Source: Octopus sinensis
Lineage: Eukaryota
Direction: 5' to 3'
DNA: 64,000 bases
Assembly: GCF_006345805.1 (NCBI RefSeq)
Contig: NC_043005.1
Location: forward strand, 108,314,001-108,378,000
Shown piece by piece: positions 40,928-54,559 of this stretch (its first letter is position 1; the number at the start of each line of letters is the position of its first letter). Under the pieces are notes generated by a model. The model saw only the letters and a list, made by a program, of their open reading frames with translations, had not been told where the DNA came from and ran no database searches. The position numbers were made by a program, and so were the translations under genes.

Positions 40928-41221
40928 ATACCTCTCTCAATATTTTATTTTATATTTTATTAACGCATACACACACAAATATGTATATATATATTTATAT
41001 ATATATATATGTGTGTGTGTGACCCCATGTGTATCGTTGGCGATTTTATTTTCCTCCGTCTTCCCTTCCTTGGATCTTTCCCTTTCCTATGTTTCTGACA
41101 AAGAACTCTGCTCGAAATGTTAAATCCTCCTTCTTTCTTTCTTTTCCTGATGATCCAATAATACTTGAGTCCACATCCTCACATTGTTGTGTTTTCTCTT
41201 TGTATTTTCATGTTTGGATTA

Positions 41222-41263
<42 letters not shown>

Positions 41264-41446
41264 CATACATATATATACATACAGACATAGATATACATAT
41301 AAATATATATACATAAATACATACATACATATATACACATATATATATATACATATACATTCACACACACACACATATGTATGTATATATATATGGTGAG
41401 ACAGAGAGAGTCTCTGCTCAATCTGATTTAAAACTTACAGAAACTA

Positions 41447-41478
<32 letters not shown>

Positions 41479-41914
41479 ATACTACTGCTGCTGCTGCTGC
41501 TGCTAATACTACTACTGTTATTGGTACTGCTATCAATAAAACACTGGTTGCTAATCATCACCATAGTCCTTTCTTATCCTTTTCTTTTACTTCTCCTTCA
41601 CTCATTTTCTCTTTTTTCATTCTTCTCATTTGCATATAGCTCCACCTTCATTACACTTCTTCTTCTCATTTACATAATCAATTCACATTTTCATGTCCTC
41701 TTTCGTCTTACTGCAATAAAGTACCTGTAAACTATTCAGGCTTCATAACATACCCATCACTTCCAAGCATGTGTCATCATACATTAAACAAAGATTCAAC
41801 AGCACCAGTCCTTTTTCTCCCAATATTCCAGTTTTCTTCATGAATTTATCTCTCTTTCTGCTCCTTCATTTTCTTCTTACTCTTGTTTCTTCTTATCTTT
41901 CATTATCCTTATTC

Positions 41915-42279
41915 TCTCTTTACTCTTTTACTTGCAAATCGACCCCGGGATTTATTCTTTGTAAGCCCAGTGCTTATTCTATCGGTCTCTTTTGCCGAAC
42001 CGTTAAGTTACGAGGATGTAAACACACCAGCATCGGTTGTCAAGCAATGCTAGTGGGACAAACACAGACACACAAACACACACACACACATATACATATA
42101 TATATATACATATATACGACAGGCTTCTTTCAGTTTCCATCTACCAAATCCACTCACAAGGCATTGGTCAGCCCGGGGCTATAGCAGAAGACACTTGCCC
42201 AAGATGCCACGCAGTGGGACTGAACTCGAAAACATGTGGTTGGTGAGCAGCTACTTACCACACAGCCACTCCTGCGCCT
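41915..42279 (-). mobile_element. SINE family A
   Basis: Matches family consensus. Confidence 0.9.
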
Positions 42280-42402
42280 TTATTATTAATATTGTTTCTC
42301 CATTTTACATCTCTTTTTCATGATGGCGTTGATAGGACAAAATGGTATTTCACAGTCACATACCAACCAGTCCTGCAGCCAGTTTTTACTTGTGCTTCAA
42401 CT

Positions 42403-42814
42403 AGGCGCAGGAGTGGCTGCGTGGTAAGTAGCTTGTTTACCAACCACATGGTTCCAGGTTCAGTCCCACTGCGTGGCACCTTGGGCAAGTGTCTTCTACT
42501 ATAGCCTCAGGCCAACCAAAGCCTTGTGAGTGGATTTGGTAGACGGAAACTGAAAGAAGCCCGTCATACATATGTATATATATATATATAGATGTGTGTG
42601 TTTGTGTGTCTGTGTTTGTCCCCCCAACATCGCTTGACAACCGATGCTGGTGTGTTTATGTCTCCGTAACTTAGCGGTTCAGTAATAGCGACCGATAGAA
42701 TAAGTACTAGGCTTACAAAAACTATGTCCTGGGGTTGCTTTGCTCGACTAAAGGCGGTGCTCCAGCATGGTTACAGTCAAAGGATTGAAACAAGTAAAAG
42801 AGTAAAAGAGTAAG
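42403..42814 (+). mobile_element. SINE family A, full length
   Basis: AGGCGCAGGAGTGGCTGCGTGGTAAG head, CORE-like GGCACCTTGGGCAAGTG segment, (AAAAGAGT)n tail. Confidence 0.93.
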
Positions 42815-43000
42815 GGATATTGTATTCCATTACTTGTCACAAGTCAAAACAGCAAAGATATAAGCTGTATTGTTTTCAGGGTGTGTAAACATGACTTCAC
42901 TGTTTCACTCAAAACTACCATGCAAAGTCATGCAAAATATAAACATTCACACACACACTAACGTCATTACCATCACTTCTATCATTATCATCTCATAGCT

Positions 43001-43504
43001 AGCTAGAGCTGATGGCCTCTTGGAGCTAATCAACGGCAGCATTCGTCCTATTTATCTGGACTGTCATGTTAACTTGGCGGTAACTATTAATATCCAGTGC
43101 TGCTGCTGTAGTCTCCTTTAGAGAGAATTAGAAATAATAATATTTCTATTTTTGAAAACCAGTGGATGTATTCCCCTGAAATTAGGTAAATAATCCTTTG
43201 AACAGTCGGTCAACAGCAATGCCTGCTGAGTTTGGCTACTCCACATTGATAAGGGGCAACTAACCCGAAACTAGACTGTGGTTGCCAAACCAGCAAGGGG
43301 AAGCTGCTGACCTCCCCTGTTCAATGGATATAAGGGACACAGGTTTGTGTGTCACATAGCTAGAGGTGATAGCCTCTTGGAGCTAATCAACAGCAGCATT
43401 TGTCCTATTTTTCTAGACTGCCATGTTAGCTTGGCAATAACTATTAATATCCAGTATGTCTGCTGTAGTATCCTTTAGAGAGAATTAGAAATAATGATAT
43501 TTCT
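43001..43504 (+). mobile_element. Partial tandem (1.4 x 357-bp unit) hammerhead-bearing element, retrozyme/pLTR-like
   Basis: Direct repeats 43001-43147 and 43358-43504 (about 89% identical) flank a hammerhead motif. Confidence 0.7.
43224..43295 (+). ncRNA. Type I hammerhead motif, U3-A8 variant, probably inactivated
   Basis: Stem I CCACA/TGTGG extended by TGCTG-A-GTTTGGC/GCCAAAC-CAGCA; core TTGATAA; stem II GGG/CCC; GAAA; CTAG palindrome; GAC in place of GTC. Confidence 0.7.
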
Positions 43505-43796
43505 TTATATATCATTATTATTATCATTTGCTTACCATGGCATGGGTTAAATAGTATGTCACAGTCTGTGTCATTTCTTAATGAGGGCTTCTGCTCCCAT
43601 AAAGTAAACCTTATATGTGTCATCTGGCTTGGTTTCTACAGCTGAATACACTATCTGTCTCCAAACATTTCACAGAATATACTGGATATGTTTTCTTGTG
43701 GCACCACCATTAGAGAAGACAAGATTAAAAGCAATCTCAAAATCCAATACTAACACTGTTTATTTAAAAATTATTAGTAATGTGTAGTTATATATA

Positions 43797-44027
43797 TATT
43801 TCTTTACTACCCACAAGGGGCTAAACAAGAGGGGACAAACAAGGACAGACAAACGGATTAAGTTGATTACATCGACCCCAATGCATAACTGGTACTTAAT
43901 TTATCGCCCTGAAAGGATGAAAGGCAAAGTCGACTTCGGCGGAATTTGAACTCAGAACGTAACGGCAGACGAAATATGGCTACACATTTCACCCTGTGTG
44001 CTAACGTTTCTGCCAGCTTGCCACCTT
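43797..44027 (-). mobile_element. SINE family B
   Basis: Consensus match; flanking TGTGTAGTTA duplication. Confidence 0.9.
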
Positions 44028-44665
44028 ACTGTGTAGTTACATATATGTCGTATATAATACTAGCTGCATTTTTTACAAGGCACCAGCACTAGAGAACTTT
44101 TCTTGTTCCTCAACCACACTAGAGGGAGTGCAGCATGGTAGATGGGCAGGAGGAGGGTGGCTTGTACACAGTTTATATAAAGAGTGCCCGATTATCAAAG
44201 ACATGTAGATCAAGGAGGGGAATAGGGGAGGGACTGATGATCATTAACAACAATTTTGCTGAGGCTACAATTCTTCAGTTTTGAAGAATAGGTGTAATCT
44301 TGGTGTTCTAGTGATCTGATGAGCTATCTTTTTTATCTGCACTGATCTATAAACATACAATTGTATTGTATAATAATATGTAACACACACATTAGTGCAG
44401 ACATCAAAAATATATTATTAGACACTGAAATTAATAATATGGTGATGAAGGCTGTGAAACAGCTGTAATCCTAAAGATGACAAGTGATTGAATAGATATA
44501 TACACCTCTCACACCTTTTGACTTTTTATAATTATAGGTGTGTATGCATGGGTGTGTGTGTGTTTAATTTATGTGTTAGCATGGTTGGAACAAGCTTTAT
44601 TGAAGCAATAATCTACAATCATTTGCATTTCCTTATACAAAAACCTAGTTATTTTTCACAAACAG

Positions 44666-44759
44666 AATTTTCAATTCAGCTGGTGAAACTACTGACCTTC
44701 AGAACATGATGTTTATAGAAGAAATAAACGAATACCAATCTTTGTCAAACTGTGTTAAT
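44666..44759 (+). CDS. Weak exon candidate (IFNSAGETTDLQNMMFIEEINEYQSLSNCVN)
   Basis: Acceptor TTATTTTTCACAAACAG, one open frame; donor GTAAAA is weak. Confidence 0.25.
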
Positions 44760-44941
44760 GTAAAAAACATGCAAAGATACACACACACACACACACACAC
44801 ATCATATTGTCAGCATCATTGTTTTAATAACCCCTGACCCATGCTTGCATTGGTCAAACAAACTTCATTGAAACAGATTCTTTATGGCTGGATAACCTTA
44901 TTTTACCTCTTTCCATATTAATATTTCATCCACTCCTTTAA

Positions 44942-45161
44942 CCCTTTCATTACCGTATTTCTTTCGAGATGCTCTGTGTTTCTTTCAATTACATTAAATA
45001 TAACAAAGAATTTAGTAAAGTAACTTGGTTATCATTAAGCTAGTGTTAGGAACATAAATTGTGACTAAGGTTTGGTGGAAGATTTCAATTCAAAACTTAT
45101 GAAACAAAACATTTGTACTACAGAGCCAGAGGCAGTTTCAACCAGGTTGGTATCAAAAGAG
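44942..45161 (+). mobile_element. piggyBac-type MITE
   Basis: TTAA-CCCTTTCATTACC..GGTATCAAAAGAG-TTAA. Confidence 0.8.
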
Positions 45162-45185
45162 TTAAAAATATCATGGTGACTTTAT

Positions 45186-45399
45186 CCCTTTCGTCACCAT
45201 ATTTCTGTTGAGATGCTCTGTGTTTCTTTCAATTAATTTTAAATATAATAAAGAATTTAGTAAAATAACTTAGTGATCATTAAGCTAGTGTTAGGAACAT
45301 AAATTGTGACTAAGGTTTGGTGGAAGATTTCAAGTTAAAACTTATGAAAACAAGACTACATAGCCAGAACTGATTTCAGCCGGGTTGGTATTGAAAGGG
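45186..45399 (+). mobile_element. piggyBac-type MITE, second copy
   Basis: TTAT-CCCTTTCGTCACC..GGTATTGAAAGGG-TTAA; body similar to 44942-45161. Confidence 0.8.
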
Positions 45400-45439
45400 T
45401 TAAAAAATAAACAACACAAATGGCCAGATATATTGGTTT

Positions 45440-45955
45440 CAAATTTTGGCTCAAAGCTAGAAATTTCAGGGTAGAGGTTTATCTATGACAACACACACAG
45501 TATGGAACTGATAATATTTAATCAGCCCAAAAGGATGAAAGGCAAAGATGACTTCTGCAGAATTTGAACTCAGAATGTAAAGATGGACGAAATATCACTA
45601 AGCATTTTCCCAGTGTGGTGACGATTCTGCCAGCTTCCCACCTGCCAATGGCCAGACATATTAGCATGTGATATTGCAAATAGAAAACACTATTGTATGA
45701 CACAGGCATACAAAGTGGGGACACACCTATATATATTTCTTTACTACCCACAAGGGGCTAAACACAGAAGGGACAAACAAGGACAGACAAATGGATTAAG
45801 TCGATTACATCGACTCCAGTGCGTAACTGGTACTTAACATATCAACCCCAAAAGGATGAAAGGCAAAGTCGACCCCGGCGGAATTTGAACCCAGAACGTA
45901 ACCACAGACGAAATACAGCTACGCATTTCGCCCGATGTGCTAACGTTTCTGCCAT
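45440..45955 (-). mobile_element. Two SINE family B copies
   Basis: Consensus matches at 45440-45640 (older) and 45735-45955. Confidence 0.85.
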
Positions 45956-46004
45956 CTCTTAGATCATTGTGTGTGCGTGTGTGTGTGTGTGTGTGTGTAT
46001 GTAT

Positions 46005-46420
46005 TCTTTTATTCTTTTATTCTTTTATTCTTATAGTTGTTTCAGTCATTTCACTGCCGCCATGCTGGAGCACTGCCTTAAAGGAATTTTTCTAGTCAAA
46101 GAAATCAACCCCAGGACTTATTCTTTGTAAGCCTAGTATTTATTCTATTGGTCTCTTTTGCCAAACCACTAAGTTACGGGCATATAAACACACCAGCATC
46201 GGTTTTTAAGTGGTGGTGGTGGGGGACAAACTCAGACATACACACATACATATATATAAATATATAACAGGCTTCTTTCAGTTTCCATCTACCAAATCCA
46301 CTCACAAGGCTTTGATCAGCCTGAGGCTATAGTAGAAGACACTCGCCCAAAGTGCAACACAGTGGGACTGAACCTGGAACCATGTGGTTGGGAAGCAAGC
46401 TTCTTACCACACAGCCATGC
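46005..46420 (-). mobile_element. SINE family A
   Basis: Matches family consensus. Confidence 0.9.
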
Positions 46421-47419
46421 CTACAACTATGTATATATAGGCAAAACACCTTTCAAATCTTCAAATGTGTGTGTGTATACTATTATATAAGGGCTGAGTA
46501 TCTTTCAGATTAACTTGGGACTACAATGGAAGACACTTGCTCAAGGGGCAGTGGGACTGAATCCAAAACTATAAGTTTGGGAGGCAAACTTCTTAACCAC
46601 AGAGTTCAGTTTCTTTCTTTCTCGCTTTCTTTCTTTCCTTCTCTCTCTCTCTCTCCCTCTCTCTCTTTCAATCTCAATCACTCTCTCACCCCCTCTCTAT
46701 CAATATATACATATAAATGTGTATACACACACACACTGATGGGGACCACTTCCATCTCAGATGAATCCTAATCATTTTGGAGTAAAGCTCCTTTCGATTC
46801 ATCCCATTCCATCATTTTTGCCACTAGCACTGTTGATGATGATGAGGATGATGATGATGATGGATGTGGTGGTGATGATGATGCTGATGGTGACAAACAC
46901 AGCGACAACAACGACGACGACGAAGACAACGATGATGATGATGATGATGATTACAATGACAACCCTTGTATTTTTTTTTTTACATATTTACATATTCATT
47001 TGCATAAACCTTTATTTATATTTATATATATTTCCATTATCTTATTGTTTCTATATTTTTTTCCCTCTCATTATAATAAGTTATTTATTTCATTTTTCAT
47101 ATTGTTATCTTGAGTTTTCACATTCATTTGAAATTTTCTTGTTTACTTCTATGCTAGATTTTTTTTGCGATCTTTCCCTATTTAGGGTGCTGCCGAGTAT
47201 ATGAGGGGAGGGGCAACAGTTGTACTTGCATTGTCGGTTTTTGTTATTGTCTCTATCCTCCCCAGCACATATATCTATGTTGTTGTTGTTGCTTTTTATT
47301 TTGCTAATGTTAATGCTGATGGAGACAGTGGTGGTTGCAGCATTGACAGTGGTGGTCATGGTAGTAGTATCATGGCTCCTGTTCTTTTACTGTGTCATTA
47401 GCATTAGCTTGGCTTATAC

Positions 47420-47460
<41 letters not shown>

Positions 47461-47572
47461 TGTGTATGTGTGTATGTGTGTATGTGTGAGTGTGTATGTA
47501 TATATATGTATATGTATGTATGCATATATATATATATATATACATATATACATATATATGTATATGTATGTA

Positions 47573-47622
<50 letters not shown>

Positions 47623-47853
47623 TATATATGTATATAGACATATATATATACATATATATATTATATATGTATGTATGTATATGTATATATGTGTATATAC
47701 ATGTAAATGTATAAGTGTATACATATGTACATATATATATATACATATACAATATATGTATAGCCGTGTATGTTTATGAGTGCATGTGTGTGTTAATATT
47801 CATGCGTATGTATAGGGTATGATGGTATGTTAATATTGGTCATTGTGATACTT

Positions 47854-47885
<32 letters not shown>

Positions 47886-48030
47886 GTGTGCTGTTTTATT
47901 CCATGACCGGCCCAACCTGACCACCACCTTATACATCAGCCAGTTTGTGATTCATGTATATTATTAAGTTCAATCACAGATAAGATTAAAAAGTAAATAC
48001 ATCTAAAAACACACGTTTGTGCAGACACAC

Positions 48031-48071
<41 letters not shown>

Positions 48072-48245
48072 AAACACACACAAGCCCACATACACGCTCA
48101 CACTCACACAAATACACACACAATCACATGGATTTTCAAATATAAACACACAAAACACATACATAATCACAGAGGTAACCATCTGCAGATGATACATACA
48201 TACTTATATATATGTATGTAGATATGTATATATATATTATATATA

Positions 48246-48286
<41 letters not shown>

Positions 48287-48973
48287 TATATGTGTGTGTG
48301 TATATATATGTATATATATATATATATATATAGATATGTATGTGTATATATATATATATGTATGTATGCATGTATGTATGTATATATACAAACAAAGAAA
48401 CATGTATATGCATACCCACACATATATGCAGAAATTCAAGCAAACACCAAAATGAAACATAAATATATAAATAAACATATAAAAAAAAATCAAGAACAAA
48501 TGGATGACAAATTTCAGAAAAAAAAAGTACAATAAAAAATGCAAATGAAACCAAAAAAAAAAATATACAAAAAATATATATATAAAAAAAAAATCACACC
48601 AAACATCAATGATTAGAAAAAAAAAAACATATTAAAAGGACACAGAAAGAGAAATAAACAAACAGCAAAAAACATGAGATGATGATTGGGTGAAAAAATA
48701 TTGCTGTGATGTTCGGTAAGAGAGAATTGGCTTGTTACATGAAACACTGGTGTAATACAGAGAGAGAGGCATTGCCTTTTAATCTTTTAAATTCTACAAC
48801 TTAATTCCAGAGTTGCCAACAAAATGGCACTGTCATTTCACATCTGTTATTATAGTATGATGATTCTATCTTAAAACTACACTTAGTTTTCTTTGTTGCC
48901 AATTCTCTGTAATGGAATATATGAGTTATATATATTCCTGAATACTATTTTGATTTTTGTTAAGGATATATAT

Positions 48974-48974
<1 letters not shown>

Positions 48975-49054
<80 letters not shown>

Positions 49055-49135
49055 CATCTATCTATCTATCCATCTATCTACCTATCTACCTAACTATCTA
49101 TCTATCTATCTATCTATCTATTTATCCATCCATCC

Positions 49136-49218
<83 letters not shown>
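48975..49218. repeat. (TCTA)n microsatellite
   Basis: Direct reading. Confidence 0.97.
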
Positions 49219-49529
49219 CCACAGTGTGTGTATGAGTGGCATTGCATATTTCAAGCATATATGTACTATATAAAAACACAAACACACATACATGTATGAG
49301 GGCATGCACACACACACATATATATATGTATATTATGCATTTCTATAAATATTGATGCATACATATTTATGGGTTGCTTTGCATATATATATATATATAT
49401 ATAAATATGTATGCATATATATACCTATATATATACATATATATATGTATATGTGTGTATATATATATATCTAACTATGTGTGTAAATATATACCTATAT
49501 ATACATATATATATGTATGTGTATATATT

Positions 49530-49600
<71 letters not shown>

Positions 49601-49814
49601 GTACAGGCTAGTTATTTAGCCTGGTCTTGTCTTCATTTTGTTTGATTGTTTGTTGCATGTTGTTTGTATAAAAACACGAGTATGCTAATCCTGTAGTATG
49701 TTGCTTGCACTATAGACATTTGCCAACCTCAAACAAAGATTATAAAAGATAATTTTGTTTCTATTTGCTTTAAGTTTTTGTTCAGTATTTGCTACATATA
49801 TAAGTATATATAAG

Positions 49815-49854
<40 letters not shown>

Positions 49855-49915
49855 TAAGTGTGTTTATATATATGCATACTCACCCACACATTATATATAT
49901 ATCAATATATGTATG

Positions 49916-49962
<47 letters not shown>

Positions 49963-50123
49963 ATTTATGTATGTATCTATTGTATGTATGTATGTATGTA
50001 TGTATGTATGTATGTATATATATGTATGTATGTGTGTGTGTATGTGTATATAATGTGTACCCATAAATGCATGCGTATATACATATATATTAGGCATGTA
50101 CATATAGGTATGTATTATACTGC

Positions 50124-50167
<44 letters not shown>

Positions 50168-50242
50168 TTTATTCTATATATCTATATACATATTTATATC
50201 TATATATATAATCACTATTTTACATTAGAGTTTTCATGTTAG

Positions 50243-50303
50243 AATTGGTCTGACAATTCCTGATTGTCCGAGTCAGTTTTTAATGGTGCTACTTTACCAC
50301 CCT
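50243..50303 (+). CDS. Weak exon candidate (IGLTIPDCPSQFLMVLLYHP)
   Basis: Acceptor TTTTCATGTTAG, donor GTAAGA, single open frame. Confidence 0.28.
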
Positions 50304-51364
50304 GTAAGACACATTGAATACCAAATCTTGTATATTCCATTTTTCAGTTGATTTTATAAACAAATATTTCATTAACAAGTGAAGTTTGTAATTCTACCAA
50401 GTGCCAAGGGAACTGAAATCTCCTCAGATAAAATGGTAAATTGAAAATATGTATTCAGCATGATGACCAATAATAGCAGCAAATAGGTGGAATTGGCAAT
50501 CAACCTCTGTACATACACTGTAAAAGAAAAATAGAAATATGACTTGAGACAAAAATTTTGAATCTAATCCATTTATTGATAGTTATTTACTTCACCAAAC
50601 TCTTGCAGATATATAATAATAATGGTAGTAGTAGTAGTACTAATAGTATTAATATTATCAAGCAAGCTGACAAAATCATTAGTAAAATTATTTTGAGGTT
50701 TTTCTTCTGGTCCTTTGCTTTCAGAGTTCAAATCTGCCTGAGAGCAGCTTTAGATTTCATCCTTCTGTAGTCAATGTAATGAAGTAGCTGTCAAGTATTG
50801 AATTCAAAATTATCCAACAGCCACCCTCTCAAAATTACTGGCTTTGTGCCAAGATTTGAAACCCACATCATCATCATCATCATCATCATCATAATCATCG
50901 GTGGCGGCAGCGGCGTCATCATTGTCATCATCATTATTATTGATGCTGCAATCATTCGTACATTGAATGAAATGCTTGGCAGCAGTTTCTTTCCTCTCTT
51001 TGTGACCGGACCTCAAATCTACCTTTCAACTTTTCAGGGTCGATGAAATAAAGTACCATGAATTCATTGGGATCAGTGTAATTGATTGGCCCCTTCCCTC
51101 AAAACTGACGATCTTGTGCCTAAATTAGAATGAACTATTATTATTATTATTATTATTATTATTAGGTGAGCTGGATGAATTGTTAGCAGGCTGGGCAAAA
51201 TCGTCCATCTTTCTTTACATTCTGAGATCAAATTCTGCCGAGGTTGACTTTGCCTTACAACCTTTCATGGTTGAGAAAATAAGTATCAATTGAGTACTGG
51301 GTTCGATGTAATCAAATTAACCCCTCTTCCCCAAAATTGCTAGCCTTGTGCCAAAATCAATCTT

Positions 51365-52200
51365 ACTTGCTCCAGTTAATTCTGTAAGAATGAACAACAA
51401 CCTGGTGTCAAGGTCTCACAGGATTTCATTCTATGACACTTAAAACCAAAGTACCAGTTTTAAAATTCTCACTGTCTTCAATAGTTAGGTTTTTGAGCGT
51501 GTTCTACCCTCTTATCAATTCCAGTTCCTCCAATATATTTCTCAAACCTGGTTGTTAGTGCTTCCAATGTCCCTATAACTACAAGGATAACAGTTATTCC
51601 CTTCTTTGTCCACATGAATGCAATTTCATCTTTAAGAATCTTCTCTAGAATTCTTGGATAATATTGGGTGGAACTTTTCTGCTGGTTGACAATGCAAATT
51701 TTTTCTATTTTCTATTCAGTCTTTTTCAGTCTTTTAGTAGCATTTTGAGTGTTATGCAAAGGGCATCAGTAACTACAGGAATAACTGTTGTCTTAGTCCT
51801 CCACTGCCTCCTCAGCTCCTTGCTAGATCCTGATATTTCTTGACTTGTAGATTTCTTTAGTATTGACTCTGCTATCATCAGGGATTGCAAAATCTATGAT
51901 CTTACACTGTTTGTTTATCTTGTCCTCTATACTCATATTTGGTCTTCTTGCTTAGATAGTATGATCAGTCATGGGGAGGCCCCACAAGATATTGTAATTC
52001 TCATTTCCTTATAACATATTTTTGTTTGTGTCCATACCACTTTTCTGTTATTTTGAAGCCATATACTCAGCTAACTTCCCAGTGCACTCTTTTGCACATG
52101 CAGCCATGCATGCACTTATACACCTTATGTGCTAGTATAATGCACTTTCTCAAAATGTGATTGGTACTTTCATCTACCTTGCTTTGATACAGTCCTGGCA
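51365..52200 (-). mobile_element. Two adjacent R4/Dong LINE 3' remnants
   Basis: 52190-51700 shows degraded ESTNHIL..LAHKVYK..VHW, then IIDFAIPDDSRVN..KYQDLARELRRQWRTKTTVIPVV across frameshifts. 51660-51365 resembles 12190-12460. Confidence 0.8.
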
Positions 52201-52209
52201 ACTTATCAA

Positions 52210-52623
52210 ACCATCATCATCATCATCATCATCATTATCATCATCATAATCATCGTCATCATCATCATCATCGTCATCATCATCGTCATCATCATCATCG
52301 TCGTCGTCGTCGTCATCATCATCATAATCGTCGTCGTCGTCATCATCATCATCATCATCATCATCATCGTCATCGTCTTCATCATCATCATCAATCATCA
52401 TCATCATCATCATCTTCATCATCGTCATCATCATCATCATCATCATCGTCGTCATCATCATCATCATCATCATCGTCATCATCATCATCGTCGTCGTCGT
52501 CGTCATCATCATCATAATCGTCGTCGTCGTCATCATCATCATCATCATCATCATCATCGTCATCGTCTTCATCATCAATCATCATCATCATCATCTTCAT
52601 CATCATCATCATCATCAATCATT

Positions 52624-52655
<32 letters not shown>

Positions 52656-52680
52656 AATCATCATCATCATCATTATTATT
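52210..52680. repeat. (CAT/CGT)n microsatellite with a higher-order duplication
   Basis: The variant pattern at about 52290-52400 recurs at about 52480-52590. Confidence 0.93.
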
Positions 52681-54244
52681 AGTGTAAAAGACTAGTATCG
52701 AGAGAAGAAAACACACACATACACACTCACACACATGACAGGCTCCTTTCAGTTTCAATCTGCCAAATCCATTCACAGGTCTTTAGTCATCCCAGGACTA
52801 CATTTGAAGCAACTTGTCCAAGTTGCCATTCAGTGAAAAGGAACCTCAATCCATACATCTCCAAAGCAAGGTTCTTACATTCACAGCCTTTCCATTGCCA
52901 TTAGATATTACAGCCCAAGACAGCCTCTATAAGATTGCTTGAGAATGAGCTGACCTGAGGCTAGATTCAAACAATAATCACTATGTACAGTCTGTCATTG
53001 GAAACTTTATGTCTTGGCAGTAGATACTTTCACAGTGCCAGTGTGGGGATATGAACCGCAGACTTCAGAATTACTTTGCTAGTTCACTACTGAGTCGTTC
53101 ATTTACAGTCTCTTTCTTTCTCTTGATTTGCATATCTTTCTTTGTCTCTGTCTCTTTTTGCCTCTCTCTTATTGTCTTTCCCATCCTCTCTTTTTCTCCT
53201 TCTCTCTGCTAAATAATTCATAGCTGTTAGTTCCATCCCTCATATGCCACTGAGATCCACCTTGCCTTGTATCTTTTGCCTGAAAAATCTGAGATTTCCA
53301 TATAAGAAATAATACTTCTTCCACCACTATTATTGTTGTTGTTGTTGCTGTTGTTGTTTTTCATGTTCTTCAAGTTGCTGCCGTTGGTGTTACAAGTAAC
53401 ATCTGATAATAATATTGGACATTTCTCAAGTAATGTCTTCTTATGCGACTTAGAATAACAAATGAGTTATGCATCAAAGTTAAAACTGGTTTAAAGCAAA
53501 ATTAGAGGAAGAATCTGATACCATGTATCAGATTTGTTTAGCCTCTGGCAATTAAGAGATTTTTAATAAAAGTCTACGATATGATTATATGAAATCCATT
53601 AGAAGAATGCCATAATAAACTTGACAAATCTAGGTCATATCTGCTTTGAATTCAAATGGAAAAAAAAAAAAAAAAACAATAAAATTATTTATCTCATATT
53701 TGTCTTTTGAAATATCATATTAACTCTTTTCATGTATTCCAACTGGATTTTATTGTGAAAACTTTTTACATGTATGTGTGTGTGTGTGTGTGTGTGTGTT
53801 GTGTGTGTGTGTGTGTATTTCTCAGTACAAATATCTTTATGTAAGAGATACAATAGATAAAGAGAGCTCAACATTCTAAAGTACAACTGAAAAAGATCTA
53901 ATCTAACATACATGCAACGATGTCGATACAAACTACTCTATGAACTACAAATATTAATATTAAAATATATCGATATTTACTTTGGTAATAAACATTCCTT
54001 ACTTCCTAGAGTATTTTGTAAGTATAAATTTGCATGTAGAGGCTGAATGATTTTAGCTCATCTGTAGCACATTGAACACTCTACATATATTCGTCTTCTT
54101 CAAGCGAATGTATTTGAGATGCATTTCATTATGCCATGAAGGGAATTTTTGTTTCCTTCTTTTTTTTTCAGAAATGGTGATCAGTGAATAAACTTCACTG
54201 AAAATATATATATTTGCGAAGGCTTAGCAAGCATCTTCAGCTAG

Positions 54245-54313
54245 CAGGCCATGCTACCCTAGACTGATGAAGAGCAAGACTCAGAAACATGCATGTCTCT
54301 AGGTGCTGGCCTG
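54245..54313 (+). ncRNA. Type I hammerhead motif
   Basis: Stem I CCTAGA/TCTAGG extended by CAGGCCA/TGGCCTG; CTGATGA (54264); A-GAG caaga CTC-A; GAAA; palindromic ACATGCATGT stem III; GTC, predicted cut after 54297. Confidence 0.85.
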
Positions 54314-54559
54314 GCTGTTGGGGCTGCTTGTCTCCCCTTCGCAAATATAAGGACACAGGAAATGTGTCAAAAGCTGACAGGAAGCGTCGATGCTTCCTAG
54401 GGCTAAATAGCAGTGGTGTGATTCCCTTTACGGGACTGTCACATTAAGTTGATAGTATACAGTCGTTCTTTTGTTTTCTTTTTTCGTAGGTCCTCAATTT
54501 CATGATGTGGCCAATAGTGTCACTGTAGTTGATATCAATGGAAACAGGTGCACAAAATA

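Noticed and set aside
52174-52618. Poly-Met/poly-Asp ORFs (also 16397-16826, 28026-28328)
   Set aside because: (CAT)n and (TTC)n microsatellite translations with no splice or start context.
54490-54547. Exon-like segment PQFHDVANSVTVVDINGN with a strong acceptor
   Set aside because: It abuts and weakly resembles the upstream part of the RTE RT region, so it is likely LINE-derived; not called.
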